Positions 17,430-26,740 are shown, counted from the first letter of the stretch. The stretch: 32,000 nt of DNA from Vulcanisaeta distributa DSM 14429 (GCF_000148385.1 NC_014537.1:1170001-1202000); one strand, 5' to 3'. Numbers and translations: made by a program. The notes: generated from the letters alone by a model not told the origin.

Positions 17430-17431
17430 GA

Positions 17432-18886
17432 TCACCCAGCCAGCTCCCTAGCCTTACTAAGGCACTCCTCACCAAGCTTATGGGCACTCACCAGCAAATC
17501 ACTTATCAATTTCTCAACCCTAGCCCTTAACTTACTTGGTATTACGTCCATGTTCACATACGTCATATACTCATCATAATCAATAACCCTGGCCTCGCTG
17601 GAATCCCACCTCTTAACGACATCAACCGCAAGGTCTATGTAGAGGATATTACTGCCAGTGAATTCTATGGGTGTATTAACATTTATGTAAATGCCCTTGG
17701 GCCTCCATGCATGATCAACATAGACGTGGGTTAGGTATTCATTATTAATTGCGGAGCAGGTTATTGCCATATCGCCTTCCTCCTTTGGAATACCGAGACC
17801 ATCAAGGTAACCACCACCTCTCAACCTACGCAATAAAACAATATCGTCAGGCTCAAGCTTAAGTACATCGGCATTACCAAGCTTAATGACCTCACCACTT
17901 GGCTTAATATGCACAATACCGACCCTATACCTCCTACTCATTAACTGCCTCATGAACTCAACACTAAACCCAGCCCTATCGTTACAGCGACCAAGCAATG
18001 CCTCAACGAGATCCAACAACGCGGTGTTCCGCTTTAAAGTCTTATACGTGTGATGACCCATTATTGTCGGCATAACGTTATTCCTAACATTATCGAGCAA
18101 GATCTTAGCCCTACCATTAAGCATAACCTCAATAATGCACTCACCATCCTGGAGCACCGTGTATGGAGCCGACGACTTACTAGTCGACTCAGCCTCATTA
18201 AGTGTACTTATCGCTTTCTCAATTTCCTTAACAGCCTCATCCTCACTTAGGAACTGAGCACTACTCCTCCACTTGATACTATAGCCTCTCAACCTACCAA
18301 CGTACTTAAGACCAACCTTGAGCAGCGTCTGCCTAACCTCATAATCCCTAATGTGCCTACTGAATAATACGGTACCACTACCCGGCACTATAGAGACGTA
18401 CTCAGTATCAACCCTAACGCCGGGTATAGCCACCAACTCATCACTTGGGTAAACCCTAGTCCTACTTATAACGACAGGGATCACATCACCATCACTATAC
18501 ACGCCACCCGGCGCCCTGAGTACAGCCTTAACGCCATTACCAACATCAACGAAGTAATCACCATTAATGACGTTTACGACACCCATGACGACCCTATGAA
18601 GAGGAACCACGGACCTCCAGATCAATGCCTCCTCCTCAACAACCCTAAGCAGGTTATTAACAACATCATTAACTGCACCGCACCTACCCATTACACTCAA
18701 CGCCCCAGGGACCCTCTCAGAGTCCTTAATTGTGACGTCAGGCGCGGAATTATCAACATTAATATTAAACCTATTGATTATCACATCAGAGGCCTGAACA
18801 ATGGTATAACCAAGATCAAGCACCAACTTACTAATGGCAGTGGCATACTTACCCCTAATCCTAACCCTATAATTATATCCACCCAC
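17432..18886 (-). CDS. FAU-1-family RNA-binding protein / probable RNase E/G-like ribonuclease
   Basis: The N-terminus VRIRGKYATAISKLVLDLGYTIVQAS matches my recollection of the conserved FAU-1 start (IRGIYATALTKLLLD..F.IVQPS). The ~480-aa size fits. The start codon is GTG. The gene is convergent with aIF6, with a 2-nt gap. Confidence 0.7.
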   Translation of the reverse strand: MGGYNYRVRIRGKYATAISKLVLDLGYTIVQASDVIINRFNINVDNSAPDVTIKDSERVPGALSVMGRCGAVNDVVNNLLRVVEEEALIWRSVVPLHRVVMGVVNVINGDYFVDVGNGVKAVLRAPGGVYSDGDVIPVVISRTRVYPSDELVAIPGVRVDTEYVSIVPGSGTVLFSRHIRDYEVRQTLLKVGLKYVGRLRGYSIKWRSSAQFLSEDEAVKEIEKAISTLNEAESTSKSSAPYTVLQDGECIIEVMLNGRAKILLDNVRNNVMPTIMGHHTYKTLKRNTALLDLVEALLGRCNDRAGFSVEFMRQLMSRRYRVGIVHIKPSGEVIKLGNADVLKLEPDDIVLLRRLRGGGYLDGLGIPKEEGDMAITCSAINNEYLTHVYVDHAWRPKGIYINVNTPIEFTGSNILYIDLAVDVVKRWDSSEARVIDYDEYMTYVNMDVIPSKLRARVEKLISDLLVSAHKLGEECLSKARELAG

Positions 18887-19043
18887 GAAAAAATACTCGT
18901 ATCAAGGGCTAAAAATAATTTATGACCATGCAACTCAGGGACACATGCCATACCTTATGTATGAAGTGACTATTAAGCCGAGAAGTAACACTGAAAGTGC
19001 TGATGGGAATGCGAGCATAAGTACCAAGCCAATGACTGGTTGC

Positions 19044-19274
19044 TTAACGGCTAGATAAAACAGATAGTAGTAAATAAACTATGAGAAATAGAATCATAAG
19101 AATACTAATAATCATACTCCATCTACGTCCCTCACTACTTGGGATCCTAGGCAGCTTAATGGCGACAAATAAAAGCACTAGAAATGTTAAAAACGCTATT
19201 AATCCCGCAAAATTATACGTGTTAATCACCCACGTTATTAAAAAGATCAAGGCAATGGCCAGGTAAAGAATCAT
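19044..19274 (-). CDS. Small hydrophobic membrane protein (2 TM), possibly the 5' part of a frameshifted gene
   Basis: The protein has two clear TM helices. A further TM-like segment is encoded in another frame just past the stop (see findings). Confidence 0.35.
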   Translation of the reverse strand: MILYLAIALIFLITWVINTYNFAGLIAFLTFLVLLFVAIKLPRIPSSEGRRWSMIISILMILFLIVYLLLSVLSSR

Positions 19275-19373
19275 GAGCCTTCAGTTCATTACGGTAATAC
19301 GGCAATTAAACTCCTGGCGGCTCATATATCAAATTAATACGAAGCCAGTAAATCAATTTCTTTCCATTATGAA

Positions 19374-19856
19374 TCATGATTGAGTCTCAAAAGTGCTCCT
19401 TGCTAAATTCACGAGGGCTTCGATATCGGGCAGATCTCTTCTAACTTGGTCAGGTCTAAGCCTTGCCTCATGAAATCCCTCCACGTGTAAAAACCATGCC
19501 CGTCCCCACCACCACCTGACCTCCCTCTTACCAAGCCTATCTGCGGCGTCATCCACAGCATCAAATAGTAATTGCGCTGTCCACCTACCAATCTCAGACG
19601 CTCTCCTCGCCTCGTCTAGGCCTAGGATTATGGCGATCGCCTTGATGGCCTCCTCAGCCGCCTTGTAGAGCTTCTCACTGGCCTGCACGGGATCCTTCTC
19701 GATTAAATTCCTACCTTCATTTAGGAATTTTTCTGCGAGTTCAAGATGCGCTTTACTCGTTGTTAATGGGTCAAGCGATAATGCCTTTGATATTAGGTCA
19801 ATTATGTCAATGCCCCTTTTCTCCGCCTCATCGAGTATCAGCTTTGGGATTTCCAC
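19374..19856 (-). CDS. PaREP1-family protein (HEPN-superfamily-like)
   Basis: LYKAAEEAIKAIAIILGL...RWTAQLLFDAV...WWWGRAWFLHVEGFHE is typical of the crenarchaeal PaREP1 family. It contains an R-x4-H motif (RAWFLH, nt 19485-19502). Confidence 0.7.
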   Translation of the reverse strand: MEIPKLILDEAEKRGIDIIDLISKALSLDPLTTSKAHLELAEKFLNEGRNLIEKDPVQASEKLYKAAEEAIKAIAIILGLDEARRASEIGRWTAQLLFDAVDDAADRLGKREVRWWWGRAWFLHVEGFHEARLRPDQVRRDLPDIEALVNLARSTFETQS

Positions 19857-19917
19857 AATTTACATTGGTGATGCAAAGTTAAAAATGTTTGTTCATGCAA
19901 CGTTAGTACCTTATTAA

Positions 19918-20661
19918 TTGAGGTGTTACTATATTGACGTGAGCATTAAATGCATTGTCTCTGGTCAGAAGGGTGGTGTTGGTAAGAGCACACTGACGAT
20001 ATTGACCACGATGGCTGCACCAGCGCTTGGCATTAGGTTAGCCGTTATCGACTTAGCCATGGGTAATCCAAGCACATCGCTTAACCTACTTAGTGGTGTG
20101 CCAAGGCATACACTGGCTACCTACGTGATTAACGCATCTAAGGTTAGTGAGGTAATTCATATTGTTTCAACGGAGCATGGACCTGTCTACCTGGTGCCTT
20201 CTGGGCATGGTGATTTAGCGCTTGTTAACGAGTATGGTGATTTTAGGGATAAGTTGGACTCGTTGATTAAATACTTAATTGATAGGGTTAAGGTTGATAA
20301 TGTAGTTATTGATTTTCCATCATTCGAGCCCAACTTAGACCATGTATTTACCGAGGCGTTGAGTATGTGCGATACTGTTTATCCAGTGGGCATTCAGGAC
20401 CTTGGCTCAGTAATTGCACTGAGGAATCTCCTGCATTTCGTTAGGAGACTCTCGATTAATGTTGGTCGTCCTGTGATTAACATGTTTAGGGAGTCCCTGG
20501 GTAAGCAGTGGGTTGCTGCTGTTGGTAAGCTGGTCGGTTTAGAACCTGATGTGGTTCATTATGATCCCTGGGTCATTAGGTGGGTTCATGATGGCGTTGG
20601 TCAGTATGGGGTTGGCGTTAGGGAGGCCTTGACATACGTAATCAAGGAAATTCTAAGTTAG
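19918..20661 (+). CDS. ParA/MinD-family P-loop ATPase
   Basis: It has a deviant Walker A motif, SGQKGGVGKST. The true start may be GTG 19939. No ParB-like partner is visible. Confidence 0.75.
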   Translation: MRCYYIDVSIKCIVSGQKGGVGKSTLTILTTMAAPALGIRLAVIDLAMGNPSTSLNLLSGVPRHTLATYVINASKVSEVIHIVSTEHGPVYLVPSGHGDLALVNEYGDFRDKLDSLIKYLIDRVKVDNVVIDFPSFEPNLDHVFTEALSMCDTVYPVGIQDLGSVIALRNLLHFVRRLSINVGRPVINMFRESLGKQWVAAVGKLVGLEPDVVHYDPWVIRWVHDGVGQYGVGVREALTYVIKEILS

Positions 20662-20712
20662 TAGTTATTACGCAAAATGGTTTTAAGGCATTAATTATTA
20701 ATCATTAGTGCG

Positions 20713-21567
20713 GTGTCCGTTGAGGAGTTTCGAGGCATTACCGTGGATTCTGAGGATGGCGAGAGATGGCTACTTATTGCTGATACTCACGTAGGCCTTG
20801 AGGTTGAGCTTGGTAAGAAGGGTGTTAGGATACCCAGCCAATCAGCCAGGATCGCACAACTGGTTCTTGACTTTGCCGAGAGGGCAGGAGCAACTTCATT
20901 GGCTATATTAGGTGATGTTAAGCATGAGATAGCGAGTATAGTCGAGAGCGCTAGGGAGGTCAGGGAATTCCTTGACAGGATTAGTGGTAAATTCAATAAG
21001 GTGGTTCTGGTCAAGGGTAACCATGATGGTAACCTAGACCTAATACTCAGCAGTAACGCAAAGCCCAATGTGTACCTCATAGACTCCAGGGGCTTCATGA
21101 TAAGGAGTAGGGATGGCAAAAACCTCCTCTTACTTCATGGAAATTCAAAGCCTAGGGTTGAGGATTTCATGAATGCGGACGTGATAATAATGGGGCATAC
21201 CCACCCAGCCATACTCATCCAGGACGTGACTGGCTACGTAATGAGAGCACCAGTTATCGTTAAGGTACGAGTTGATAAGTCCGTGTTCGGCAAAAACATG
21301 TATAACACCGAAGTAGGCGCCACGGGCACCATGAATATAATAGTACTACCAACATTCAACCCACTGACCGTGGGCATGGACGTGTTCGAGATATTCCCAA
21401 AGGACCTTGTTGAGGTTGAGACAATATTACATTATGCACGCACCTGGGAAATACTAAGTAATATTGAGGTTTACCTGACGGATATGACGTACCTCGGCAC
21501 GATGGACATACTGGCTAGAATAAGGGAGGAGATTAGCGAGGGTGGTTACGACGTTAGTTGGTTATAA
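20713..21567 (+). CDS. Calcineurin-like metallophosphoesterase (archaeal SbcD/Mre11-related small phosphoesterase type)
   Basis: The metallophosphoesterase motifs are present: LLIADTHVG, ILGDVKH, VKGNHD, LLLHGN and IMGHTHPA. Confidence 0.8.
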   Translation: MSVEEFRGITVDSEDGERWLLIADTHVGLEVELGKKGVRIPSQSARIAQLVLDFAERAGATSLAILGDVKHEIASIVESAREVREFLDRISGKFNKVVLVKGNHDGNLDLILSSNAKPNVYLIDSRGFMIRSRDGKNLLLLHGNSKPRVEDFMNADVIIMGHTHPAILIQDVTGYVMRAPVIVKVRVDKSVFGKNMYNTEVGATGTMNIIVLPTFNPLTVGMDVFEIFPKDLVEVETILHYARTWEILSNIEVYLTDMTYLGTMDILARIREEISEGGYDVSWL

Positions 21568-21692
21568 GAAATTGAATAAACGACATCCTAATAAAATTAA
21601 GAGATGATGATGATAAAGCAGTATTTCTTAAGTACTAAGCTAATTTATTCTTTCAATTTACAATTTAAGAATAGCCGGAGTAAAAAAGTCCC

Positions 21693-21998
21693 TTGAAAAT
21701 AAGTATTTTGATGTCTATGAAATTAAGGCTGAGGTACCCAATCACGGTAATCTTAATGATAGCCATCATTACTGCGATCTTCGTTGCAATGGTAACAGCT
21801 AACATAGGTCTCAGCCAAAGCTACATAACACCATTTAAGGTAATTACTACAAAATTAGCGTTAATTGAATATTTCAGCGATAGTGGTACTGGGCATCCTG
21901 TGTTATTAATTCACGCGTACATGAATGGGCAGCCCATTAAGGTCCATTCGCCTTTACCCCGAGGCATATATACACGATTGGTTACTACGAGGGCTTAG
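21693..21998 (+). CDS. Hypothetical N-terminally membrane-anchored protein; the reading frame appears to continue in another frame to 22168
   Basis: It has an N-terminal TM (YPITVILMIAIITAIFVAMV). A protein-like ORF in the -1 frame spans 21941-22168 and overlaps the 3' end (see findings). Confidence 0.35.
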   Translation: MKISILMSMKLRLRYPITVILMIAIITAIFVAMVTANIGLSQSYITPFKVITTKLALIEYFSDSGTGHPVLLIHAYMNGQPIKVHSPLPRGIYTRLVTTRA

Positions 21999-22233
21999 GC
22001 ACCGTATATATTAACCTAAGTAATCCGCTAATCATGAGAATTGCCGGTGAGTGGTATGGCAATTACAGCGATGCAATATGGCCGTCACCGATAACCTTCA
22101 TAACATATACAGATAATCCATCTAAAGTATACGTGGAGGTAGTCACCATCCCATATCCACCCAGCTAATGTATAATTATTATTCCCATTAAACCCTAACA
22201 ATTTAATAGGCCTTAATCCTGCTTATTGCATGT

Positions 22234-22905
22234 ATGAAGTTACCAATATTAATCATAAACATGAAAGTGTACCCTGAGGTGCTCGGTAAGAGGGCTCTTG
22301 AGCTTGCTAAGGTCGCTGAAGCTGTGTCCAGGGAGTTAGGTGTGTCCATTGCCGTTGCCCCACCAATTACTGAGCTTAGGCTTGTGGCTGAGAACGTGGG
22401 AATACCCGTGTATGCCCAGGGTGCTGATCCAGTTGAGCCTGGGGCTAGGACAGGGCATGTACCGCCTGAGTTCATTAAGGAGGCCGGGGCGTCGGGAGTA
22501 ATACTTAATCACAGCGAGAATAGGCTCCTCCTAAATGACCTTGGCTGGCTCGTTAACAGGGCGAAGAACCTCGGCCTAGAGACTCTCGTGTGTGCGCCGG
22601 ACCCATACACGAGCGCGGCTGCCGCTGCCCTTGAGCCAACGGCAGTAGCAGTTGAGCCACCCGAGCTTATTGGCACTGGTAAGGCCGTAAGTAGGGAGAA
22701 GCCTGACGTCATTGTGAAAACCGTGGAACTCGTTAAAAGAGTTAACCCGAGCATTCCGGTCATCACGGGGGCCGGTATTGAGAGCTATGAGGATGTTAAA
22801 AGGGCCGTTGAACTTGGGACACAGGGAGTCCTGGTAGCTAGTGCCATTGTTAAGGCGAGGGATTGGAGACAGAAGATTATGGAGTTAGCCAAAGCATTAC
22901 ATTAA
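22234..22905 (+). CDS. tpiA: Triosephosphate isomerase (archaeal short type)
   Basis: It is ~223 aa. The motifs [48 protein letters not shown] and PVITGAGI match archaeal TIM. Confidence 0.9.
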   Translation: MKLPILIINMKVYPEVLGKRALELAKVAEAVSRELGVSIAVAPPITELRLVAENVGIPVYAQGADPVEPGARTGHVPPEFIKEAGASGVILNHSENRLLLNDLGWLVNRAKNLGLETLVCAPDPYTSAAAAALEPTAVAVEPPELIGTGKAVSREKPDVIVKTVELVKRVNPSIPVITGAGIESYEDVKRAVELGTQGVLVASAIVKARDWRQKIMELAKALH

Positions 22906-23136
22906 TCTATCTATACAGTCTTGGTTAAGTTTATAAGGTTACTATATTTGCTATATAAAGTATTGAATCCACGTATAAGCTTGTTAAGCAAGGCACGTAA
23001 TAGCCACATCTTTCACTGGCTCACTGCTTAGTAAAGGTATGCCCAAGGGTGGGTACGAAAATTGTAGTGCATGTTCTGGGACCTGGCATATTAGATGGAA
23101 GGATTCTTGCTCAGGTTAAGCCCATGGCCATTAATC

Positions 23137-23718
23137 CTACTCAAACCTAGACCTACTACCCTCTACCTCCTTCTCCAATCTCTCAACGAGTATCTTAACC
23201 TCATCACTCACATTAACAGTCCTCATGGCATCCTTAGCCCTGTTCAGGTAATCCCTAGCCTTTAAGTAAAGGCTTCTATCATCATAAGCAATGGCATTTT
23301 GGAGATACATAAAGCTAAGCATTGCCAAACCAGTCACGTAACCCTCCGAATCCCTGTCAGCAAACCTCAGGGCATCCTCATGTCTCCTAATCAATTCCTC
23401 ATCAATGGACCAACCGTTGCCGGGTGATATAAAGACCGTCCGCTCAACTCTCCTCTTTAATATTGGTATCATAACGCCATGGTTAATTAAGTACCTGTTT
23501 AGGAGAATAAGACCAACGCCAACAACGACAGCACCCACCGGAATGCTTAGGTAAGATGATAGGACAGCATTATGTAAGACGTGTTGGAGGGAGTACTGAG
23601 TGAGTATATAGGCACCAGTGCCAATTAGGGCTATTAATAGCAAGAGCAATGCGTATTTAAGCCTTGATATTCTCTCATTAGTAATCTCAATCTCCTTATA
23701 AATCACCTTCTTCCCCAT
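23137..23718 (-). CDS. Hypothetical membrane protein (2 TM) with a C-terminal helical soluble domain
   Basis: Two TM helices are followed by a helical, TPR-like stretch (YVTGLAMLSFMYLQNAIAYDDRSLYLKARDYLNRAKDAM). I recognise no family. Confidence 0.5.
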   Translation of the reverse strand: MGKKVIYKEIEITNERISRLKYALLLLLIALIGTGAYILTQYSLQHVLHNAVLSSYLSIPVGAVVVGVGLILLNRYLINHGVMIPILKRRVERTVFISPGNGWSIDEELIRRHEDALRFADRDSEGYVTGLAMLSFMYLQNAIAYDDRSLYLKARDYLNRAKDAMRTVNVSDEVKILVERLEKEVEGSRSRFE

Positions 23719-23810
23719 ACGTAAGCCATGCGTATTGGATTCCCTTTTTAAACCCAGCTAAATAATTATGCCAAAATTGAATGTATTATGAGTCTCCTGA
23801 TTAGCATTTA

Positions 23811-23847
23811 AGTTCCGGGGTAGAACTAAGTTCTCCGGTGCGGAACT
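23811..23847. other. Nested inverted repeat / imperfect 14-bp hairpin
   Basis: The outer stem pairs AGTTCCG (23811-23817) with CGGAACT (23841-23847). The inner stem pairs GG(T)AGAAC (23819-23826) with GTTCTCC (23830-23836). It lies ~110 nt downstream of the aconitase stop and ~95 nt upstream of the 23718 start codon. Confidence 0.35.
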
Positions 23848-23954
23848 GGGGAGTTGAATCATTAAGTTAAGTCTGGACTAATTCATGTAGGGCAAGCCTA
23901 AGCATAATTTAAAAACTGAACTTTTAAATTATATTATCAGGAGATGGCTAGAGG

Positions 23955-26687
23955 TTATGGCTGTGCCCCTCTCTGGCGGTGCCTCTTAATTATTTGCCTA
24001 AGCACATACTGCAGTATGCCTCCATTGAGGAAGTACTGAACCTCCATCGGCGTGTCAAGCCTCACTAGGAGCTTCGTCCTAACAACCCTACCGTCGGGCT
24101 TATGAATAACGAGGTCCACGGTCTGCCTAGGCTTTAATCCCTGGGACAGCCCTATTATGTCGAAGGTCTCGTCACCCGTTATACCGAGTTTATCCACGTC
24201 CTCACCCTCCATGAACTGAAGCGGTAATATGCCCATCTCAACCAGGTTACTCCTGTGTATCCTCTCGAAGCTCTTCGCAATGACAGCCTTTATGCCCAGG
24301 AGCTTCGGGCCCTTCGCAGCCCAGTCCCTTGAGCTACCGGCTCCATAAGTCTGACCAGCAAGTATTATTAGTGGTACATTCTCCTCCTTATACTTCATGG
24401 CCGCATCAAACACAGTCATTAACTGCCCATCGGGCCAGTGAATCGTGTAACCACCCTCAATGACCTTACCACCCATCTTATTCTTAACACCCCTGCTCCA
24501 GAATGCACCCCTGACCATAACCTCCCAATTACCCCTCCTAGTACCGAAGGTATTGAAATCGCTTGGCTTAACGCCAAGTGATATCAAGTACTTACCCGCA
24601 GGTGAGTCCGCGGGTATTGAGCCCGCCGGTGATATGTGGTCCGTGGTTACGTTATCACCAAGCACCAACAACGCCCTAGCACCAACTATGTCCTTAACCT
24701 CTACAAGCCTATCTGGGTCAAAATCGTCAAAGAACGGTGGTCTCCTTATGTACGTATTCTTTGGATTCCACTGATACAGGTCGCCACTTGGCGCCTTTAA
24801 CGTGTTCCACTCATCAGGTACTAAGTCGCCAATCTTGGTATACTTCTCGGTGAATTCATCGGGCGTTACATACCTCTCAACATAGCTCCTAACCTCATCA
24901 TCACTAGGCCACAGGTCTTTCAGGTAAACGGGCTTACCGTCACTGGTATATGTCACTGGTTCCCTTGTTAAGTCCTTATTAACGGTACCTGCCAATGCAT
25001 AAATGACAACCATGGGCGGCGAGGCCAGGTAATTAGCCCTGACGTCCGGGTGTATCCTGCCCTCAAAGTTCCTATTGCCAGAGAGCACTGCCGCCGCAAC
25101 TAGGTCATTCTCCCTAATAGCCTTAACCACAGGCTCTGGGAGTGGACCTGTATTGCCTATGCAAACCATGCATCCAAAGCCCGTTATGTAAAAGCCTATC
25201 TTCTCAAGGTACTGAAGTAGCCCCGACCTCCTTAGGTACTCCTCAACAACCCTAGAACCAGGTGCCAGCACAGTCTTAACGTATGGAGGCGGTGAGACAC
25301 CAAGCTCAACAGCCCTCTTAGCGACCAAGCCAGACGCCATTAATAGGTATGGATTACTTGTGTTTGTGCAGCTTGTTATTGCGGCAATGGCCACAAACCC
25401 GTCCTCAAGCTCCACCTTCTTACCATCAAGCTCTATGACAACTTTCCTCCTGCCACTTATGTTCCTCTTCTTGTTCCTATCCTCAATGACTGGTTCAATG
25501 CTCTTAGGCACGTCGCTCAAGGATCTCCTCTGCCACGGGAGTGAGGGGCCGGCGAGGCTCGGCTCTATGGCTGATAGGTCAATACTAATTACCTGGCTAT
25601 ACTCAACATCACCCTCCTTCGGTGAACCAAAGACCCCCTGTTCCATGAAGTACCTCTCAACAAGTGATATTAACCATTCATCCCTACCAGTAAGCCTTAG
25701 GTAAGCCAGCGTCTGTTCATCCACTGGGAATAAGCCAGTGGTTGCCCCATACTCAGGGGCCATATTGGCTATCGTTGCTCTATCGGGTATGGGCAACTCC
25801 TTAACGCCCTCACCAAAGAACTCGACGAACTTATCAACCACGTTATACTTCCTAAGGGTCTCGGTTACGTATAGGACTATGTCCGTAGCCGTGACACCAA
25901 GCCTCGGCTTACCATAGAGATAAACACCAACAACCTGCGGTGGCAATACAGCTATTGGCTGACCAAGGAGCGCGGCCTCGGCCTCAACACCACCGACACC
26001 CCAACCAACGACGCCAAGCCCATTGATCATTGTTGTGTGGGAGTCCATGCCAACGACAGTGTCGAAGTAGGCAAGCCTCTCACCGGGTCCGAGGTCCTCG
26101 GTCATCACGACCCTGGCAATGTGCTCAAGGTGTACCTGGTGTATAATACCGGTGCCTGGTGGGAATACCCTGAAGTTCCTGAAGGCATTCTGAGCCCACT
26201 TAAGGAACTCATACCTCTCCGCATTCCTCTCAACCTCGAGCTTAATATTCAACTTAACCGCGTCAGGCCTACCCCAGTAATCAGCCTGCACGCTGTGGTC
26301 TATTATCAAGTCAGTCGGCACCTGTGGATTAATGACCTTTGGGTCAATGCCGTATTTAGCCACAATCTCCCTCATCACTGCCAGATCAACTAGGGCAGGT
26401 ACTCCCGTGTAATCCTGCATTAGGACCCTCGCAACCTTTATCGGAACCTCCTTAGTACCTGGATTCTTCGGGTTCCAATGGAGTAGATTCTCAATATCCT
26501 CCTCAGTGATTGCCTGCCCGTCGTAATTCCTAAGCAGGTTTTCTATGAAGACCTTAATCGTGTATGGGAACCTGGCAATATCAAAGCCCTCCCTCTCAAG
26601 CGCCTTTAATGAGTAATAACGAACTTTGATACCGCCAACATCCATCGTGCTTAATGTATTCCATAGATTAGGCAGGTTCTTGGCCAC
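23955..26687 (-). CDS. acnA: Aconitate hydratase (aconitase A type)
   Basis: It is 910 aa. Aconitase motifs are present, including LLMQDYTGVPA-like VLMQDYTGVPALVDLA, IDHSVQ, GVVGWGVGGVEAEA, ITSCTNTSNP, GCMVCIGN, NRNFEGR, and SSRDWAAKG with IAKSFERIHRSNL. Confidence 0.95.
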   Translation of the reverse strand: MAKNLPNLWNTLSTMDVGGIKVRYYSLKALEREGFDIARFPYTIKVFIENLLRNYDGQAITEEDIENLLHWNPKNPGTKEVPIKVARVLMQDYTGVPALVDLAVMREIVAKYGIDPKVINPQVPTDLIIDHSVQADYWGRPDAVKLNIKLEVERNAERYEFLKWAQNAFRNFRVFPPGTGIIHQVHLEHIARVVMTEDLGPGERLAYFDTVVGMDSHTTMINGLGVVGWGVGGVEAEAALLGQPIAVLPPQVVGVYLYGKPRLGVTATDIVLYVTETLRKYNVVDKFVEFFGEGVKELPIPDRATIANMAPEYGATTGLFPVDEQTLAYLRLTGRDEWLISLVERYFMEQGVFGSPKEGDVEYSQVISIDLSAIEPSLAGPSLPWQRRSLSDVPKSIEPVIEDRNKKRNISGRRKVVIELDGKKVELEDGFVAIAAITSCTNTSNPYLLMASGLVAKRAVELGVSPPPYVKTVLAPGSRVVEEYLRRSGLLQYLEKIGFYITGFGCMVCIGNTGPLPEPVVKAIRENDLVAAAVLSGNRNFEGRIHPDVRANYLASPPMVVIYALAGTVNKDLTREPVTYTSDGKPVYLKDLWPSDDEVRSYVERYVTPDEFTEKYTKIGDLVPDEWNTLKAPSGDLYQWNPKNTYIRRPPFFDDFDPDRLVEVKDIVGARALLVLGDNVTTDHISPAGSIPADSPAGKYLISLGVKPSDFNTFGTRRGNWEVMVRGAFWSRGVKNKMGGKVIEGGYTIHWPDGQLMTVFDAAMKYKEENVPLIILAGQTYGAGSSRDWAAKGPKLLGIKAVIAKSFERIHRSNLVEMGILPLQFMEGEDVDKLGITGDETFDIIGLSQGLKPRQTVDLVIHKPDGRVVRTKLLVRLDTPMEVQYFLNGGILQYVLRQIIKRHRQRGAQP

Positions 26688-26740
26688 GATGATATAACTA
26701 ACTCATTAATTTTTAATATTTGCCCTTTAAATTAGCGAAA

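Noticed and set aside
19081-19266. A 61-aa plus-strand ORF lies opposite the small membrane-protein gene.
   Set aside because: It is the mirror of a hydrophobic ORF. Its basic, low-complexity translation is typical of the antisense of TM-coding sequence.
19409-19591. A 60-aa minus-strand ORF lies inside the PaREP1 gene in another frame.
   Set aside because: It is an overlapping alternative frame of a recognisable PaREP1 gene, and its Gly/Arg-rich product has no support.
21610-21640. A GATGATGATGAT triplet run contains two overlapping ATGATGA C-box-like sequences.
   Set aside because: No D'/D CTGA box is present at the required ~12-nt spacing, or anywhere in the following 60 nt. It is probably just a short microsatellite in a promoter region.
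23039-23119. A 26-codon ORF, MPKGGYENCSACSGTWHIRWKDSCSG, has a CxxC...H...C pattern.
   Set aside because: It is very short, and it has no TATA at leaderless spacing; the nearest good TATA (22951-22960) is ~80 nt upstream. I cannot test conservation, so it is too weak to call.
24460-26393. Three long plus-strand ORFs (24460-24774, 25360-25704, 26037-26393) lie inside the aconitase gene.
   Set aside because: They are antisense shadow ORFs of a strongly supported 910-aa aconitase. Their translations are Ser/Leu/Pro-rich and low-complexity, with no motifs.
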